A stretch of DNA of 64,000 bases from Owenia fusiformis (taxonomy: Eukaryota), in contig CAIIXF020000001.1 of the NCBI GenBank assembly GCA_903813345.2, forward strand, positions 35,650,001 to 35,714,000, in the 5' to 3' direction. This document shows, one piece after another, positions 60,170 through 64,000 of the stretch (the stretch's first letter is position 1; every line of letters begins with the position of its first letter). The notes below the pieces were generated by a model. That model ran no database searches. It worked only from the letters and a program-made list of their open reading frames with translations, and was not told the origin of the DNA. Made by a program: the position numbers and the translations under genes.

Positions 60170-60999
60170 TGGAGGCAGTGCACGCCACTGTGAAAATCAG
60201 TCTCCATTATTACTCAGAGGGTTAGATATAGGCCTATGTTTCTACTTGGTAGAACACTAACAAATGATGCTGTTAAGAACTAATCTTGTCTGATCGTTAG
60301 AAGTTCTGAAAATCCACCATGAAATAAATGCTGTCCAGGGGTCCATTCCGGCATCCATATTTTATCAATCTGATATAAAACTATTTTAGAGAGTGTAAGA
60401 TTTCTTGTATTTCTTTTTGTAAAATTTTATTTAAGTTTTATGGTTTCATATACGTATATATATAAGTAAATAAAATATATATAAGATAAAATGACAATAT
60501 AAAGCAAATGTCTTACTTCTTAGTGGCCAGTCTGTACAGTTAAAGGTACAAACGAAACTCAAGTGAGTTGGACTTTATTACTTTTACATGAAATCATAGT
60601 TATATACAATAGGAACAATAACATTTTTAACTAGACTGCATTTATTTATGAAACGTTCACAGCTATGTAGAGGGTTGGAAAAGATGTCTACAAAACATGA
60701 CCAAAACTGTATCTTCTTATAGTTAGACACATTATGGGCCATCCTAATAATAGAATATCATATAAAGCACATGTATTTTTATTAATGGATTTCATGATAT
60801 TTGAAGCCATATGATTAAAATAATGGACGCCCTCTGCCAGAAGGTCGATGGAGACTAAATTGGTCTGTATTAGTAATGGAAAGCTCTTTTCGATTGTCAT
60901 ATATGCTTGCTTTTCTTGAAGGGATCGGTGTTTTTATCTTTGCTTCGTATGGTCTTCTCCTTACGTGTCCAGTTTGAGAATAATCGAGTGATTGTTTTT

Positions 61000-63972
61000 T
61001 CAAACCAAATCCTCGAATTTGCAGATTTTTTCACTAGTCTCTCCATCTAGATCACAGAAACAATATCCCTTTGGACAATGTTCTCTTGAGCAAACTAAAT
61101 TACACCATTCGTTTTTGACCACCTGGTCTGCTTCTGTGACCCACCCTCCCCTAGCAACACATTTGCTTAATGCTTCCTTGGATGTTACTAGCCTATCATT
61201 TATTAATTTATCATACGATTCAGTTGTAGACACGAAGGATTGTTTTGATGGGGGTTGTGTACTCATTTCATCTAAAGTCTCATGGATTGAAATATCAGCA
61301 CATCCAAAGAATTGTTCTTGAGGGCCACACCCGACGCAACCACCCTCTGGTATGCGGATATCTGGTCCCCATCTATTACCTTAAATAACAATAAGGAACC
61401 AATAGCTTTATTTTATAAGTCTTTGCTTCGTTTAAAATGTCATGTATTGATTTGAAATATTTATAGAGATAAAAACAATCTGAACAGGACGTCATGCTAT
61501 ATTTGTTCAATAAATGTCCCAATAAATATCACAATACGCTGCCAATCAATTCGTTTCCACTCGCTAATCAATTTTCATATTGTTCCAAGATGGATTCATA
61601 CTGATGCCACCATTGTTACAATTCAACCATAGACAATATGTGAAATTGAGGTATTTGATCGATCAGTAAATAAACAAAATATAAACAATCGTGGGATAAA
61701 CATTTATACAAATAAACTGTAAAATCAATATCTTTATATCAATATGATAATCATTCCTATAGTGATAGTCCAATTGTCATATTCGTATGACATCATAACA
61801 TGAATTGAAGAAATAATGGAGTCGGCCCACCACACATTTTTTTGTTAAAACAAATCATTTAAACAAAATGAAAAAGCTTGCACAATATGGCACAAAACAA
61901 GGCAATGAAAACAAAGTAGTACTATTTGATAACCATGGCGCCCATGGCGAGTATAACTTATTTATTCTAAAGAATATGGTATACTATATCCAAATAAATG
62001 AATTGAAAAAAAGCCAAGCGTCAGAATTAAATCAGAAAATGAGATATAACATTCACACTAAACAATTAGCAACATTGAAAAGAATACAACCAATTTACAA
62101 AACATCCCGCCTCTGAAATATCTGCTGTAACCTTAAAGTTTATAATAATTGCCGAAGCACCAAGAACACATTTGAAAATATCTAAAACAATTAGTCTAGT
62201 AGAAAACAACCCAGACACTCAGAGTATAAATTATGTAAGCAATATGGTATTCGGGACAAAAAAATAGTAGACATATTGATATAATAATTAATTGACACTA
62301 TTCATCGATGATCGATAAAACACTATGGGTCTTTTAATTGAATTTAAAATAACAGTTATTCTTATACCTGCGTTGTATTTCCATTGGAGTACACACTGGG
62401 AACAGGTGAGATCTTTGGGAAGACGAGCGGAGACTTTGTAAACAGTGCGTCTTTCATCAGGGAGATAATACCTAATGCCACCATTTGTAAGCCTGAGAAG
62501 ATTGGTGTTTAAGCACTTTTGGGTGATGGGCTTTGTAATATCATTATTTTCACAAATCCTGAATTCAAACCATCCTTTGTGGTTAGCTGTAATGTTCACG
62601 AATATATCAATGTTTGCTCCACTTAGATATTGTTGAACTATTGTTCCAGTTGCAAATTCCCCCCCTGCCTCATTATCACGTGGCTTGTCCCACGGGTCAC
62701 CACACGGACCACACTTTCCTCCGTTCACCTCCCACTGATGCTGTAATGAGAAACATATTCTATATTTTAAGAAATCTGGGCAGTTATATGCCAATAGCCG
62801 GACACAAAAACGGTGATAATAATGGGCCTACTAGAATAGTCTTGTTCACGACATAAACATAAATGATGACCCTTCGAACCAATTTACAGTTCTACCATAT
62901 GTTTAATTCTAGTGTGCCAGAGAGCCTTTGGGTGACAATTTTTTAAGTGTCATGACATTTTTTCATTAGAACCCATGTAAAATGTGATTTTTTCCACAAA
63001 TTAAAAACACGCTTTTGGATATTTAGCATTCTATATATTTCTTGCATTCACTGAAACTTTGTTATTGAACATAATAACTTTGAAGATGAAGGAAGGGTTT
63101 GTGTCCACAACAAAAAAGGAAAACGCCAAGAAAATTAAAATACCAGGGATCTGGGAATAACAAAACAATCCAGATCGATTTCAAAGTCTATCCCAGCATA
63201 TGGCTGCAAATATATTTTATGACTATTGTATCTATTTGTACTATTTATTTTTTCAGTACTACACATAAATGACCAGTTTCCCCAAGGCAGCAGGTACAGA
63301 GGTGGCGGGATCAAAATGACTTGAAAGCCTGTAAGTGATACACTCATAATCAACTCAATTCTACAGGCGTATACTTAGCTGCTTTATTGTTTGGATAGCT
63401 TAGATAATTATATATACTTATCTGTAATCCATAAAACACTTAACATAACACCATAGCAGTATTGACGATTGATATCATAGTTTATTCACTGATGACGAAA
63501 TTACCCTCGATCTAATTGTTGGCCATTGTTACATAAACACGGCATCCTACTTTTTCAAAGCCGAATCTATATTCCAAATGACCTCATTTCAAAGTGCAAT
63601 ATATATAATATTGAAATCTGGCCCTATTTTGAAACTAAGGCATGGTATGGGCTGGCTATTTGCTTGCTCGCTAGATCTGATTCTCTCGTTAAATAACACT
63701 TACCATCAATATCGGTGCTATACGTTTAAGAAACTTACAGTAAAGTTTCTTAAATACATTAGATTATGTATTTTCGTACTTTATCGAAAACTTACCACAT
63801 AGCCACCACAGTATAGTTGATTGTCGTCGTAGTTAATAGGGGCGTCATAACCGAATCTCCACATGCTAGATCTTGATGCTGGCTCTATCATCCGACCGTG
63901 TCCATGAGTCAATTTAGATTGAAAAATAATCAACATACACTCGATAAAACAGAGTAAAATGTCCGAGTACAT
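61000..63972 (-). CDS. AA15-family lytic polysaccharide monooxygenase (chitin-binding type-4 domain) with linker and 6-Cys C-terminal module (309 aa, 3 coding exons)
   Basis: Exons 63972-63796, 62740-62368, 61379-61000 (GT-AG, phases 0 and 1, 930 nt). Predicted signal peptide ends THG, giving mature His1: HGRMIEPASRSSMWRFG..NYDDNQLYCGG..NGGKCGPCGDPW..ITANHKGWFEFRIC..LPKDLTCSQCVLQWKYNAGNRWG..GCGPQEQFFGCADI. Confidence 0.93.
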
Positions 63973-64000
63973 CTTTCGTTGATGTGCTAGTCCTACATGT

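Overview
AT-rich, intron-containing animal genomic DNA, most likely a marine invertebrate. A lophotrochozoan is inferred from the gene and repeat content but not proven. Four intact spliced genes can be built by eye with GT-AG junctions and consistent phases. (1) A 13-exon, minus-strand, ~580-aa WD40 gene (38923->11499) with a PYM/eIF2A-like N-terminal helical motif and a C-terminal CaaX box (CTVL). (2,3) Two tandem paralogous two-exon genes nested antisense in its ~14.7-kb intron 10, each encoding signal peptide + Cys-flanked coiled coil + basic linker + one Link (Xlink) module. (4) A three-exon AA15-type lytic polysaccharide monooxygenase with a 6-Cys C-terminal module. The rest is a dense mix of mobile DNA: CR1-group LINEs, two Academ-type foldback elements (TAC..GTA ends, 3-bp TSDs, transposase remnants), a Transib/RAG-like element (CACGGTG ends, 5-bp TSD), Helentron-like (HINE/DINE) elements carrying a nuclear-receptor-motif satellite, hAT, Harbinger, Tc1/mariner-pogo and MULE-like MITEs, and several minisatellites. 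No CRISPR array, rRNA or intact tRNA was seen. All coordinates were read by eye and repeat boundaries are approximate.
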